Assembly: GCA_951406725.2 (NCBI GenBank)
Contig: OX597837.1
Span: 36,084,001-36,148,000, forward strand
Direction: 5' to 3'
Length of the DNA stretch: 64,000 nt
Source: Octopus vulgaris
Taxonomy: Eukaryota
How positions within the stretch are numbered: the first letter of the stretch is position 1; every line of letters starts with the position of its first letter. The notes below the pieces were generated by a model that had not been told where the DNA came from, did no database searches, and was given only the letters and a program-made list of their open reading frames with translations. Shown in pieces: positions 1 through 13,231 of this stretch. A program made the position numbers and the translations under genes.

Positions 1-231
1 CCACTGAGCCATGCGCCATCATATATACACGTAGATACACACATATACCACACATACATATATACACACACACATACATATTTTATTCCCTTATACTGGT
101 GTATGAGTACAATATGAAATTATTTTTTAGATACGTAAGTTCGTGCTTGCATATGTGTGCGTGAATGCCTATGTATGTATGTATATGTATGTATGTATGC
201 ATGTATGTATATATTTGTAACTATGCATGTG

Positions 232-453
232 TACAAGGGGGTTGTTGAAAAGTTCTTGGCTTTGGGCAGAAGAAAATACAAGAGTATCAGTTAATTACGA
301 GTTTATTCAACATATTCCCCTCTCAGATTCACGCACTTATTGCAGTGGCCCTTCAGTTTTTCTCAGCCCCGTGAAAGAACATGGAAGGTTAGGCCTCCAA
401 CCAGACCTTTCACAATACCTTTAAAACCAGGAACTCTTCAGTACCCCCTCTTA
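232..453. mobile_element. Tc1/mariner-type MITE, copy 1
   Basis: Imperfect terminal inverted repeats (TACAAGGGGGTTGTTGAAAAGTTCTTGGCTTT ... AAAACCAGGAACTCTTCAGTACCCCCTCTTA), TA at both ends; internal sequence shared with copies at 477 and 4286. Confidence 0.8.
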
Positions 454-476
454 CATATATAATGCATACACATATG

Positions 477-691
477 TACAGAGGGTGCTGAAAGTTCCTG
501 GCTTTGGGTAAAAGAAAATATGGGAGCATCAATTATGATTTTATTCAACCTGTTTCCCTCTCAGATTCACACACTTATTGCAGTGGTCCTTCGGGTTTTC
601 TAAACCCCGTAAAAGAACTCGTGGGGGAGGGTCTCCAACGAGGCCTTTCAAGACACCCTTAAAGCCAAGGACTTTTCAGCCCTCCCTCGTA
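477..691. mobile_element. Tc1/mariner-type MITE, copy 2
   Basis: TACAGAGGGTGCTGAAAGTTCCTGGCTTT ... AAAGCCAAGGACTTTTCAGCCCTCCCTCGTA; same internal block TTCCCTCTCAGATTCACACACTTATTGCAG as copy 1. Confidence 0.8.
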
Positions 692-886
692 CATCTGTCA
701 GTGGGTCGGAGCGCGCACATGCAAGTGTGCACATCTGTGAGTGTGCATATACGTCCGTGCATCTGCGTACGTTCATGTATGTATGTATATATATACGTCC
801 GTGTGCATGTGTGTGTATATATGCTTGTGTATGCGTCCATGCATGTGTGTGTGTATGAATGTATGTATATATATATATATATATAT

Positions 887-1043
887 GAGTGAATGTGTGG
901 TTATCAGCTTGCTTACAAACCACATGGTCCCGGGTTCAGTCTCACTGTGTGGCACCTTGGGCAAGTGTATTCTACTATTGCCTTGGGCCGACCAAAGCCT
1001 TGTGAGTGGATTTGGCAGACGGAAACTGAAAGAAGCCCGTCTC

Positions 1044-1093
<50 letters not shown>

Positions 1094-1293
1094 TTGTGCT
1101 TGTCCTCACGCCTTCGTTTGACAACCGATGTTAATATGTTTACGTCCCTGTAACTTAGCGGTTCGGCAAAAAGAGACCGATAGAATAAGTACTAGGCTTA
1201 CTACAGAGACTAAGTCCTGGGATCGATTTGTTCGACTAAGGGCAGTACTCCAGCATGGCCGAAGTCAAATAACAAACAAATGAAAGAAAAGAA
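887..1293 (+). mobile_element. tRNA-derived SINE family A (CORE-like CACCTTGGGCAAGTG block, internal microsatellite)
   Basis: Pol III-like head (TGTGTGGTTATC...GGGTTCAGTC), GGCACCTTGGGCAAGTG block, internal (TA)n(TG)n, 3' part ending CCAGCATGGCC...CAAAT; more than ten similar copies in the window. Confidence 0.85.
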
Positions 1294-1370
1294 TATACGT
1301 CCGTGCGTGTGTGTGCGTGTGAATACGTCCCTGGGAGCGTATGCGTTCGTGCGCGCGCGTGTATACATAT

Positions 1371-1771
1371 ACTCTTCTACTTGTTTCAGTAATTTGACTG
1401 CGGCCATGCTGGAGCACCACCTTTAATCGAGCAACTTGACCCCGGGACTTATTCTTTTTGTAAGCCCAGTACTTATTCTATCGGTCTCATTTTGCCGAAC
1501 CGCTAAGTAACGGGGACATAAACACACCAGCATCGGTTGTCAAACAATGCTAGGGGGACAAACACAGACACACAAACATACACACATACATACATATATA
1601 CTTATATACGACGGGCTTCTTTCAGTTTCCGTCTACCAAATCCACTCACTAGGCATTGGTCGACCCGGGGCTATAGCAGAAGACACTTGCCCAAGATGCC
1701 ACGCAGTGGGACTGAACCCGGAACCATGTGGTTGGTTAGCAAGCTACTTACCATACAGCCACTCCTGCGCC
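1371..1771 (-). mobile_element. SINE family A, full length
   Basis: Reverse complement of the family A sequence; head ends at CAGCCACTCCTGCGCC (1771). Confidence 0.9.
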
Positions 1772-1797
1772 TATGCATACATATGTATGTAAATGCA

Positions 1798-1829
<32 letters not shown>

Positions 1830-1973
1830 GTAAGGTAACATTCTAAAGTGTTGTTGGCCCACGACGTACACCAAGAAAGCATCGCATACACAACACACTT
1901 GTAGACATACATTCAAAGATACATATAAACATACGCGTGTATACACACAAACATATACATATATAACACATGC

Positions 1974-2008
<35 letters not shown>

Positions 2009-2010
2009 AA

Positions 2011-2236
2011 GGCGGGGAGCTGGCAGAACCGTTAGCACGCCGGGCGAAATGCGTAGCCGTATTTCGTCTGCCGTTACGTTCTGAGTTCAAATTCCGCCGA
2101 GGTCGTCTTTGCCTTTCATCCTTTCGGGGATCGATAAATAAAGTGCCAGTTACGCACTGGGGTCGATGTAATCGACTTAATCCATTTGTCTGTCCTTGTT
2201 TGCCCCTCTATGTTTCGTCCCTTGTGGGCAATAAAG

Positions 2237-2240
<4 letters not shown>
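2011..2240 (+). mobile_element. tRNA-derived SINE family B (tail type 1)
   Basis: GGCGGGGAGCTGGCAGAACCGTTAGC (A-box-like), GAGTTCAAATTCC (B-box), body GGTCGACTTTGCCTTTCATCCTTTCGGGG-like, tail CCTTGTGGGCAATAAAGAAATA. Confidence 0.85.
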
Positions 2241-2275
<35 letters not shown>

Positions 2276-2679
2276 AATTCGTACAAACAAGCTTACGTAC
2301 ACACACACTTTAAACATTCGAGGCGGAGATTATGGCAGCCAGTTATGATGTCCCCTAACACATCACTGGGACTTTATCGACCCAAGAGGGGAGTGAAAGA
2401 TAAAGCTGACCTCGGCGAGATTCGAACTCACTAAACAAAGGGGCATAACTTAAACATCGCAGTGTAAGGTTGTCCGGTGCCTTAACCATTTGACCACATC
2501 ACACACACATACACACACATATATATACATATGCATACACATAGATTTGCACATATGTATATATAATGACACACAACTGTCTGTCGACCTGTACTTCCCT
2601 TCCTCGTATCTTTATACACACACATTCATCTATAGGTCGACAGACAAGTGTATATACGAGAAAGATGCCTAGACAATTG

Positions 2680-2688
2680 GAGACAGAC

Positions 2689-2779
<91 letters not shown>

Positions 2780-2818
2780 TATAGAGATAGATAGACAGAT
2801 AGATAGAGATAGATAGAC

Positions 2819-2888
<70 letters not shown>

Positions 2889-3368
2889 GTAGGTAGGTAG
2901 GTAGGTAGATAGGTAGGTAGATAGGTAGATATGGAGACAAATCAGATATGGAGATAGCTATATTTATACTATATATGGACAAATATTTACATGTTTGACA
3001 ACAGAGAAGGAAGAATGGACAGGAAGGATTTAGATGATCGGGAATGCTTACAGACTAGCAGACAGATCGGAGAAGAATTATGGAAACGGATGAAGCGAAA
3101 GGATAAATAAATAAATAGATAGATAGATGGATAGAACATTGACAAAGTGATACAGGAAAAGTACAGATTTATACGAATACAAGTAAATAGAGATAGATAG
3201 GTCCATAGTCATCTGTGTATACAGAATGTGTATATATTATACGGACAGAAAAATAGAGGAAGATAGATTGACATCTACGTACGATACAAATAGAGGCAGA
3301 TAGACTGTGTGTGTGTGTGAGTAGATTAGTAGCAACTAGATGGAAATCTACGGAGAAATAGAGAGGCA

Positions 3369-3406
<38 letters not shown>

Positions 3407-3572
3407 CAAGTATGAGATGATAGAAAACACTAGATAGATAGATATATATAGACATAGACATAGATAGATAGATAGATAGATAGATAGGTAGGTAGAAAGA
3501 TAGATAGACAGATAGATAGATGCAGATAGACATAGATAGATAGATGCAGATAGACAGATAGATAGACAGATG

Positions 3573-3637
<65 letters not shown>

Positions 3638-4190
3638 GGATAGATAGACAGATGGATAGATTGACAGATGGATAGATAGACAGACGGATAGATAGACAGA
3701 CGGATAGATAGATAGATAGATGACAATCACACACTTAAATGGACTTTATACGGATAAGACAGACAGACAAATGGATGGACAGATGGATGACGACAGGCCC
3801 AACAAACAGACGAAGATGATTGTCAAAGCCGATAGACAATAACAGGTGAAACGAGACAGAGAGAGACCGAGAGACCATCGAGCTTTTGCAAACACAAAGA
3901 CTAACATACAACTACTACGACTAAAGCCGCTACTATGTGGGGAAAATAACACAAGATACTGGGTAATTAAGCAACCCCCACACGCATATAAGTATATTTG
4001 TATATATATATATATATACGCGAGTGTAACACATGGCTTGTCGTTCGTTGCGTAAAGACAGCTGCCCAACGAGGGTAGGACTTGTGTAACAAGAGTTTGA
4101 ACTTGTAATATTAATAGTTGGAAATTATGGTGGGATAGAAGGAGCGATCTACTGGGAGGACTGTGTCTGCTTAGTATTGTGTATATGTGA

Positions 4191-4233
<43 letters not shown>

Positions 4234-4593
4234 TGTGTATATATATATATGTATATATATGTATATACACACAAGCACATTTATATACGAGGGGTGTTGA
4301 AAAGTTCCTGGCTTTGGATTTTTAAAAAATACAGGAGGATTTGTTGGGTTTTTTTTTTTTTTGTTTATCAACATATTCCCCTCTCAGATTCACACATTTA
4401 TTGCAAGCAGTCCTTCAGTTTTTTTTTAAACCCTGTAAAAGAAATCGGAAGGTTGGGCCTACAACCAAGCCTTTACCCCATCGTGTGTGTGTAGGTAGAT
4501 AGATAAATAGACAGACAGATTGATGTAGATAGATAGACAGATGGATAGATAGACAGACAGATAGATAGACAGATGTAGATAGATAGACAGATG

Positions 4594-4669
<76 letters not shown>

Positions 4670-4985
4670 CAGATGTAGATAGACAGACAGATAGATAGAC
4701 AGATGTAGATAGATAGACAGACAGACAGATAGATGGATAGATAGACAGATAGACAGATAGATAGATGGACAGATAGATAGATGGATAGATAGATAGACGG
4801 ATAGATGGATAGACGGATAGACAGATAGATAGACAGATGGATAAATGGATAGACAGATGGATAGATAGATGTAGATAGACAGATAGATAGATAGATGCAG
4901 ATAGACAGATAGATAGATAGATGCAGATAGACAGACAGACAGATAGATAGATAAATAGACAGACAGATAGATAGACAGATGGAGG
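2680..4985. repeat. Cluster of (TAGA)n/(CAGA)n tracts (2680-2935, 3430-3722, 4490-4982) interspersed with (TG)n
   Basis: Directly visible tetranucleotide repeats; source of the IYLS-repeat ORFs. Confidence 0.95.
4286..4484. mobile_element. Tc1/mariner-type MITE, copy 3 (right TIR mostly deleted)
   Basis: TACGAGGGGTGTTGAAAAGTTCCTGGCTTT start; same internal sequence as 232-453. Confidence 0.75.
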
Positions 4986-5393
4986 TGTGTGTCGGGGACA
5001 ATAGTGTAACGTATACATACATTACATACGCTGATAATGTGAACTGTATGCGAATATAAACAGAGACTATAATATTGATATACGGTATCACATTTTATGT
5101 GTGTGTGTGTAAACGTATGTGCACCATCATTATCAATTAACGTCCGCTTTCCATGCTGACATGGGTTGGACGGCTGCTGTGTGTGTGCGTGCATGCATGA
5201 GTGTGTTTATGTAAACATATACGTGTATATGTACATATGTGTGTGTGCATATATAAGTGTGTGTGTGTGTGTGTATATGTTTATATGCATGTATGTTAGT
5301 GTATATATGTTTATATACAATTATTTGCATATATGTGTGTATACATTTATATAGATGTGTATGCATACATGTGAGTATTGCTTGTGAACATTA

Positions 5394-5467
<74 letters not shown>

Positions 5468-5784
5468 ATCATATATATATATATATATGATTGATAGATA
5501 GATAGACACATGGATATATGAATGTGTGTATGTGTGTGTGTGTGTATTTTAATCATGTTTAAATTCTTTTTTAATTAATTCATCTTCTTTCTTTACTTAA
5601 AAAACAACTTAAATGTTGTCTACCGCTTATTATTATTGATAACAAAATGCACCCAAATGTACCTTTGTAACAGATAATGTTGACATTGTGACATGTTAAC
5701 ACCCTGAGGTTTTCAAATAAACAAAATATATATATATATATATAGAATAAATACAGAAATATATATATATGTATAGATACTTAC

Positions 5785-7288
5785 TTTTCGCAGGTAGCCT
5801 GCTTGCGGTCGATATAGTAAAAAACAACAAAAAAACCACAGCAACTTGGATTATCTTTTGTGTAGGTTCGCCTTCGTTTGTCGGTAAAAATTAAACTCAC
5901 TTATTCATTAATGAAGCCCGTCTCGTGGTAAAAAAAATCAGAGGTAAATTCGCAACATACCTGTTGCCGTTCGTTAGCAAATTTCTTTTATCTTTTTTTT
6001 TTTAATATCGCTTTCCAGGTGTTAGAAAAAGAATTTTATCCACACTTGTCAAATATGTAGATGCTGTTTTATTATTAATATTATTAAAATATTATTATTA
6101 TTATTATTATTATTATTGACACAGTTTGTAGTTCTTCCTTTCTGTCTCCTTATCTCCGAAGCGTTGTTTAACCCAACAACCTGTTGCTTGTTTTATAAAA
6201 TTGCTCAGCTTGAAGGGAAAGGTGAGAAAACAAACCACCCACTCCTCTAATATTATGTCATTTAACACACCTGTCTGTGTTTACAATGTGTTTAATGAAG
6301 CCGCATTAATTACAGCGATTAATTATATTACAAACTATGTTTACAGCCAGGCAAATTTTCCTATTGTTTCCCCTCAAAAATTTACCCACATACCATGTCT
6401 TGCCAGTTAACAACAAGTCATATATATATGTATATATATATATATATATATATGTGTGTATATATATATCTCAAAGCACCTTACTCTGTTTATAAGCAGA
6501 CCAAAAAAAAAATTCTACTCACTGTGGACGTCGCTTCTTTGTATACAATAAATATATGATGATACCAGTGTGTGGATACACATCTATATCTATATGTGTA
6601 TAAAAAAAGTGCTTAAATATACAGCAACCGAGATCAACTGACTTCGTTTCAAATTCTGTTTACAGACACAATTAAGGAGAATATATATATACGTTATTAC
6701 TGCTTTTGTTATCTTTTCTGTCTTTCAGTTTTCTTTAAAAAAACACCGCCCACTGTGGTAACCCGTTTAAGATACAGGGCTAACAACATTCGCCCAGACG
6801 TCACACATACATAACCCAAAGTCGTGTTTTCCTCCGCATCTCAGATCTACAATAATAACAATAATAATAACAATAATAATAATAATAATAATAATAATAG
6901 TAATTATTATTAAATGTTGTCGTTTGTTCTTGTCTCCTCAAAGCTTCGTTTTCTCCTTTTTGCCTTTCTTTTATTCTTCTGGTTTCCAGCGATAAAGATT
7001 ATTTTCCAGTATATAAGTGCATTTGCGAATGTATCTATGTGTATATATGTATGTATATATATATATATATATATATATTTGGTTTGACTTCTACGTCCGA
7101 GTGAGTGTATATAGTAACAAATTCGTTCGCCTTATAAACTTGATTACAAGCAAGTTTAACATGAGATAATAAAGCAAGAATTATAAAACACACATATATA
7201 TATATATAATTATATATATATATATATGTGTGTATATATATATATATATGTGCGTGAGTAAATATTTGTATATATATATATATATGTT

Positions 7289-7332
<44 letters not shown>

Positions 7333-7510
7333 CTTTAAATCTAGATAAAAAAAACTAAAATTAAAAAAAAAAGAAAGGTCCCTAATTGGGGTAGAAGCAC
7401 ACCCTCGATGGCGTCGCGGTTGGGGAAGTTTTTCGAGGCCAGAATTAAAGACTGTGAGAAGAGAAGCAGCTTTCGGAAGACATAGCTTGTTGGCAACAAC
7501 CGTTGGGATA
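5785..7510 (-). other. Candidate non-coding first exon / 5' regulatory region of a minus-strand host gene
   Basis: Unique sequence free of SINEs; three minus-strand donor-like sites (AAA|GTAAGT 5785/5784, TAA|GTGAGT 5901/5900, CAG|GTATGT 5961/5960); CpG-containing patch at 7400-7510 followed by a long GA-rich tract. No Met-initiated ORF reaches the donor. Inference only. Confidence 0.3.
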
Positions 7511-7666
7511 GAGTAAGAGAAGGGAGGGAGGTGAAAGGCAGAGAGATATAATGCGGGGAGGAGGGAGAGAGAGAGAGTTAGATGGTTGGTGAGAGATAGA
7601 GAGAGGGGGGTGTTTCAGATTCGGAGGGAGTATGTGTGTGAGTTGAATAAATAGTGGTGAGAGAGT

Positions 7667-7711
<45 letters not shown>

Positions 7712-8720
7712 AGAGTTAGAGAGGAAGAGAAATAGAAGGAGTGTGTGTTGTGTAAGTATGTGTGCGTGTAAGTGTATGTGTGTGTGTGCGTGTGTGTGCT
7801 TTGTTTGCGTGACTGTGTGTGCGTGTTGGCTTGGCGAGTGAGAGAGTATAGAGATTGACGGATGGAGAGAGAGACAGAAAGACAGAGAGAGAGACAGAGA
7901 CAGAGAGAGACACGGAGAAAGAGTAAAGTGTGGCGGAAGAGGTGAAGGGAGAAATAGACTGAGAGAGAGAGAGAGAGAGAGGAAGGGAGTGTTAGAGGGG
8001 GAGGTTAAACGAGGATAGATAACCGCTATATGAATGGGATAGAAGGAAAGGAAAAAGGAATTGATAGTAGGGGAGTGAATGAGAGGAAGGGAGATGTTGA
8101 GAGAGAGAGAGAGTGATGGACAAGAGAGAGAAAGAGAGAGGGAGAGACTTGTAATGAAATAAGGGAGTAAGGGAGGATTTATGTGTGGGGAGTGCAGAGG
8201 GAGGGTGCAAAAGAAAATACAAAAAGGGTAAGAGTGACAATGGGAGGAGTAGGCACAGTGGACGGGTGTATGTATGTGTACGTGTGTGTGTTTATGTGTG
8301 TGTGTTTTGAGTGTGTATATGTGTGCGGTTAGAAAGCGAGTGAGCAGACGATAGCTAGAAAGAGAGAGAGTGGGAGAAAGTGGTAAGTATAGAGGAAGAG
8401 AGAGAGAGAGAGAAAGGGAGAGAGAAGGATGGAAACTGTAAGAAGAGAATGCGAAAAGAATAACAATAGATTATCAGAGAGAAAGGGGGGAGAGAGAGGG
8501 AGAGACGGAAAGAGCGAGTAAGGGAAAGAGAGAGTGAAAGAAAGTGACAATATAATATTCAGAGAAAGAGAGAGGGGGGGAGAGAGAGAGAGTGAAGGAG
8601 GGAAGGAGATAGGTGTGTGTGGGTGAGTGTATGTGTGTGACAACACGTGAGAAGAGAGAGAGAGAGAGAGAGAGAAAAGATAAAAAGAGTAACACACTTA
8701 GAGAGAGGATGGAGAGGGGG
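7510..8720. repeat. Purine-rich (GA)n low-complexity tract
   Basis: About 1.2 kb strongly G/A-biased on + strand with pure (GA)n runs. Confidence 0.9.
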
Positions 8721-9210
8721 GGAAGCTGCGCGCGTGTGTAGTGTGTGTATGCGTCTATGTACGTGTGTCTATTTGTGTGTGTGTGTGCATGTGCATACAT
8801 GAGTGTGTGTGTGTGTATGCGTCCATGTGCGTGTGTCTATTTGTGTCTGTGCGTGTATGTGTGTGTATGTGCATACGTACGAGTGTGTGCGTGTGTGTGT
8901 GTGTCTGTGTGTGTGTGTGTGTGATAAGAAGTGAGAGAAGAAAGAAGGAATAAGGCGGTAAAAAAAAAATACTGAACTGGAAGCCGCTATATGTATATAT
9001 GTGTGTATGTGTATATAGGTATGTATGTATGAGTGCTTGTGTATGTGTGTAAGTATGTGCATGCATGCATGTGTGTGTGTGTATGTGTGTGTGATCTTTT
9101 ATTAGCCGAGATTACTACAAGAGTTACTCAAGGGCCTTAAAGTTTCAAGCGATTGCATAGACGAGGCTTAAGGCCTTCGAGCAACTAGTATTACATAATA
9201 AGCAAACAGA

Positions 9211-9265
<55 letters not shown>

Positions 9266-9295
9266 AGATATATATAAGATATATATATATATATT

Positions 9296-9513
9296 TACTC
9301 TTTTACTCTTTTACTTGTTTCAGTCATTTGACTGCGGCCATGCTGGAGCACCGCCTTTTTTTTTTTTTAGTCGAGCAAATCGACCCCGGGACTTATTCTT
9401 TTTGTAAGCCCAGTACTTATTCTATCGGTCTCTTTTTGCCGAACCGCTAAGTAACGGGGACATAAACACACCAGCATCGGTTGTCAAGCAATGCTAGGGG
9501 GACAAACACACAC

Positions 9514-9608
<95 letters not shown>

Positions 9609-9764
9609 CAGGCTTCTTTCAGTTTCCGTCTACCAAATCCACTCACAAGGCTTTGGTCCGCCCGGGGCTACAGCAGAAGACACTTGCCCAAGATGCCAGT
9701 GGGACTGAACTCGGAACCATGTGGTTGGTTAGCAAGCTACTTACCACACAGCCACTCCTGCGCC
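9296..9764 (-). mobile_element. SINE family A, full length, expanded internal (TA)n
   Basis: Reverse-complement match to family A; internal (CA)n(TA)n at ~9505-9610. Confidence 0.9.
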
Positions 9765-10269
9765 TGTATATATATATATATATACACACACATAGGAGAT
9801 GCTTAAGCGACTGAGTTCTCTTATGTGATCATAAACAAATGCCGTCACACCGACATTGCGTGTACGTGTGCGTGTGTTTGTGGATGTGTATAATGGTTTA
9901 TGAACGTGTGTGTGTGAGTGTGTGTGTGAGAGAGAGAGAGTGTGTGTGTATGTGGGGGGGTATGTGGATATATGCATTACGTGTGTGTGTGTGTGTAATA
10001 CTTAGGGTAAAGGAGGTTTCGTATTAGACGTAGAAACAGGTGATTTTTGGCTAGAGACGTACGTACACACACACACACTCGCGCGCGCATACATGGATAG
10101 ACGGATAGTCGCACATACACATAGATATTTGCTACATGTATATGTATACACATACAAAAATACGTACACATAAATATGTACATTTAGACACACACACACA
10201 TACACACACACACACACACACATATATAAATATATAGACATATACACAATATTTAGATGTGCATATATA

Positions 10270-10513
10270 TGCACACATACATACATACATACTTATACAT
10301 ACATGCATACATGATACATACATACATACATACATACATACATACATACATACATACATACATACACATACATACATACATACATACATACATACACATA
10401 CATACATACAAACATACATACATACATGCATACATACATACCCATATACATACATACATACATACATACATGCATACATACATGCATACATACATACATA
10501 TACATACATACAT

Positions 10514-10574
<61 letters not shown>

Positions 10575-10885
10575 CATACATACATACAAACATACATACA
10601 TACACATACATACATACATACATACATATACATACATACATACATACATACATACATACATACATACATACATACAAACATACATACATACATACCTACA
10701 TACATACATACATACATACACATACATACATACATACATACATACATACATACATACATACATACATACATACATACATGCATACATACATACATACATA
10801 CATACATACATACACATACATACATACATACATACAAACAAACATACATACATACATACAAACAAACATACACACATACATACAT
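10270..10885. repeat. (TACA)n microsatellite
   Basis: About 600 bp of CATA repeats with variants; similar tracts at 19390-19975, 20340-20830 and 61065-61620. Confidence 0.95.
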
Positions 10886-11252
10886 ATAGCTATGTACATC
10901 CAATGCACACACATACACACAACACATGCTTGTATGAGCACTATATATACATATATAGATATGTATGTGTGTGAGTGTATATATGTATGTATGCACGTGC
11001 ACACACACACACACACACATACACACTCTCGCTATGTGACAATACAATTCACTGCTCTGCTCTACCTGTGTATCGCCATCCATATACACGAGAGGTGAAA
11101 AACCTGTCTAAGCCGACCCTGGATACCTACAGCTACCTGTAAGACATCGTAACTTCTCTCTGTCTGCCGGTCTCTCTCTCTCTTTTAGTATATATGCGTA
11201 TATGTCTGTTTTATTACCTATCTACCTATTAATCTGTCTGTCTGTCCGTCTG

Positions 11253-11327
<75 letters not shown>

Positions 11328-11332
11328 GTCAT

Positions 11333-11395
<63 letters not shown>

Positions 11396-11445
11396 CTTTC
11401 TATCTATCTATCTTTATCTATCCATCTATCTATCTTTATCTATCC

Positions 11446-11504
<59 letters not shown>

Positions 11505-11507
<3 letters not shown>

Positions 11508-11815
11508 TTCATTGACCGAGGTTACCGTGGTCTTTTCCGTAGGCTTTTCTTTCCACGGGTAAACCTCACCTGTCCTCCCCTTTACACTTCATATTGACAT
11601 TTCTGTGATTACGATCCCTATTGATCAACTTTTTTTTTCCTCTCCCTTCCCCCCCCCTTTTTTTAAAAATCCTCCCCTTTTTTTGTCCTCTTTCTTTCCT
11701 TTTAAGATCCCTTTTTGATCGAAAACCAACCCCCTCATTTTTACCCCCAAAAGAAAAGCTCTACCTTGTAATTTGTTCTGTCTGTGTGCAGCCCTGTGTG
11801 GCTAATAAAGAAACA

Positions 11816-11817
<2 letters not shown>
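11505..11817 (+). mobile_element. 3' end / 3' UTR of a non-LTR retrotransposon (family uncertain)
   Basis: Pyrimidine-rich segment ending TGTGTGCAGCCCTGTGTGGCTAATAAAGAAACA, embedded in (TATC)n on both sides; the terminus resembles the SINE B tail and 29548-29745. Confidence 0.5.
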
Positions 11818-11876
<59 letters not shown>

Positions 11877-11885
11877 GTCTATCTA

Positions 11886-11944
<59 letters not shown>

Positions 11945-11980
11945 ATATATCTCTCTCTCTCTATCTATCCATCTATCTAC

Positions 11981-12050
<70 letters not shown>

Positions 12051-12409
12051 GTCTGTCTGTCTATTTGTCTGTCTGTCTGTCTCTTACTCGCTCTTCCTTC
12101 ATCCCGGTATATATATATATATATATATGTGTATGTACGTGTGTGTGTGTGTGTGTGTGTTCGTTCGTAAGGATACGTACAGCCACTCACATCCAATGTT
12201 TACAAGACTATCACATTCGCCGTTATCTCTATTTATTTACATATCAATGGATAATATTGTGGCCCGAAACTCGTGTCTGTTCGTGTTCGTGTGTGCGTAC
12301 ATGTGTGTGTGTGTGTGTGTGGTGTGAGTGTGTGTGTGGTGTGAGTGTGTGTGTGGTGTGAGTGTGTGTGTGTAGTTTTTTTTCTTGCATGAAACTGCTT
12401 TATCTACTG

Positions 12410-12542
12410 ATAACGATGACTATGTTTACGATGATGATGATGATGATGATGATTGTGTGGGGGGTGGTGGTTGTGTGCTGATGGCGCTGGTGGTGGTGCT
12501 GGGGATGATGACAACGACGACGACGACGGCGGCGACGATGAC

Positions 12543-12586
<44 letters not shown>

Positions 12587-12880
12587 GGATGATGATGATG
12601 AGGATGATGATGATGATGATGAGGATGAGGATGATGAGGAGGAGGAGGAGGATGAGGATGATGATGAGGATGAGGATGAGGATGAGGATGAGGATGATTA
12701 GGAGGAGGAGGATGAACATGATGATGAGGAGGAGGAGGTGGAGAAGGATGATGATGATGATGAGGAGGAGGAGGAGGAGGAGGAGGAGGATGAAGATGAT
12801 AGTGATGGTAGTGTTGGTGGTTGAAGGAGATTGTAATGATGGTGATGATAAGGAGGCGAAGGAGGCGGATGGTGTCGATG
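12410..12880. repeat. (GAT)n/(GAG)n trinucleotide tract
   Basis: Directly visible; gives poly-M/D/R ORFs. Confidence 0.95.
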
Positions 12881-12949
12881 ACACCGATTGGCAGAATCGT
12901 TACAACGCCGGACAAAATGTCCTGCGTTATTTTTTCCGACTTTTTTCTA

Positions 12950-13155
12950 CTCTTTTATTCTTTTATTTGATTCAATCATTTGACTGCGGGGCCATGCTGG
13001 AGCACCGCCTTTAGTCGAACAAATCGACCCCGGGACTTATCCTTTGTAAGCCCAGTACTTATTCTATCGGGCTTTTGCCGAACCGCTAGGTTAAGGGGAC
13101 GTAAACACACCAACATCGGTTGTCAAGCAATGGTGGGTGACAAACAGACACACAA
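12950..13155 (-). mobile_element. SINE family A, 3' half only
   Basis: TTGACTGCGGGCCATGCTGGAGCACCGCC...CATCGGTTGTCAAGC; ends in the internal microsatellite slot. Confidence 0.85.
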
Positions 13156-13198
13156 ACATATATACATACATACATACATACATACATACATACATACA

Positions 13199-13231
<33 letters not shown>

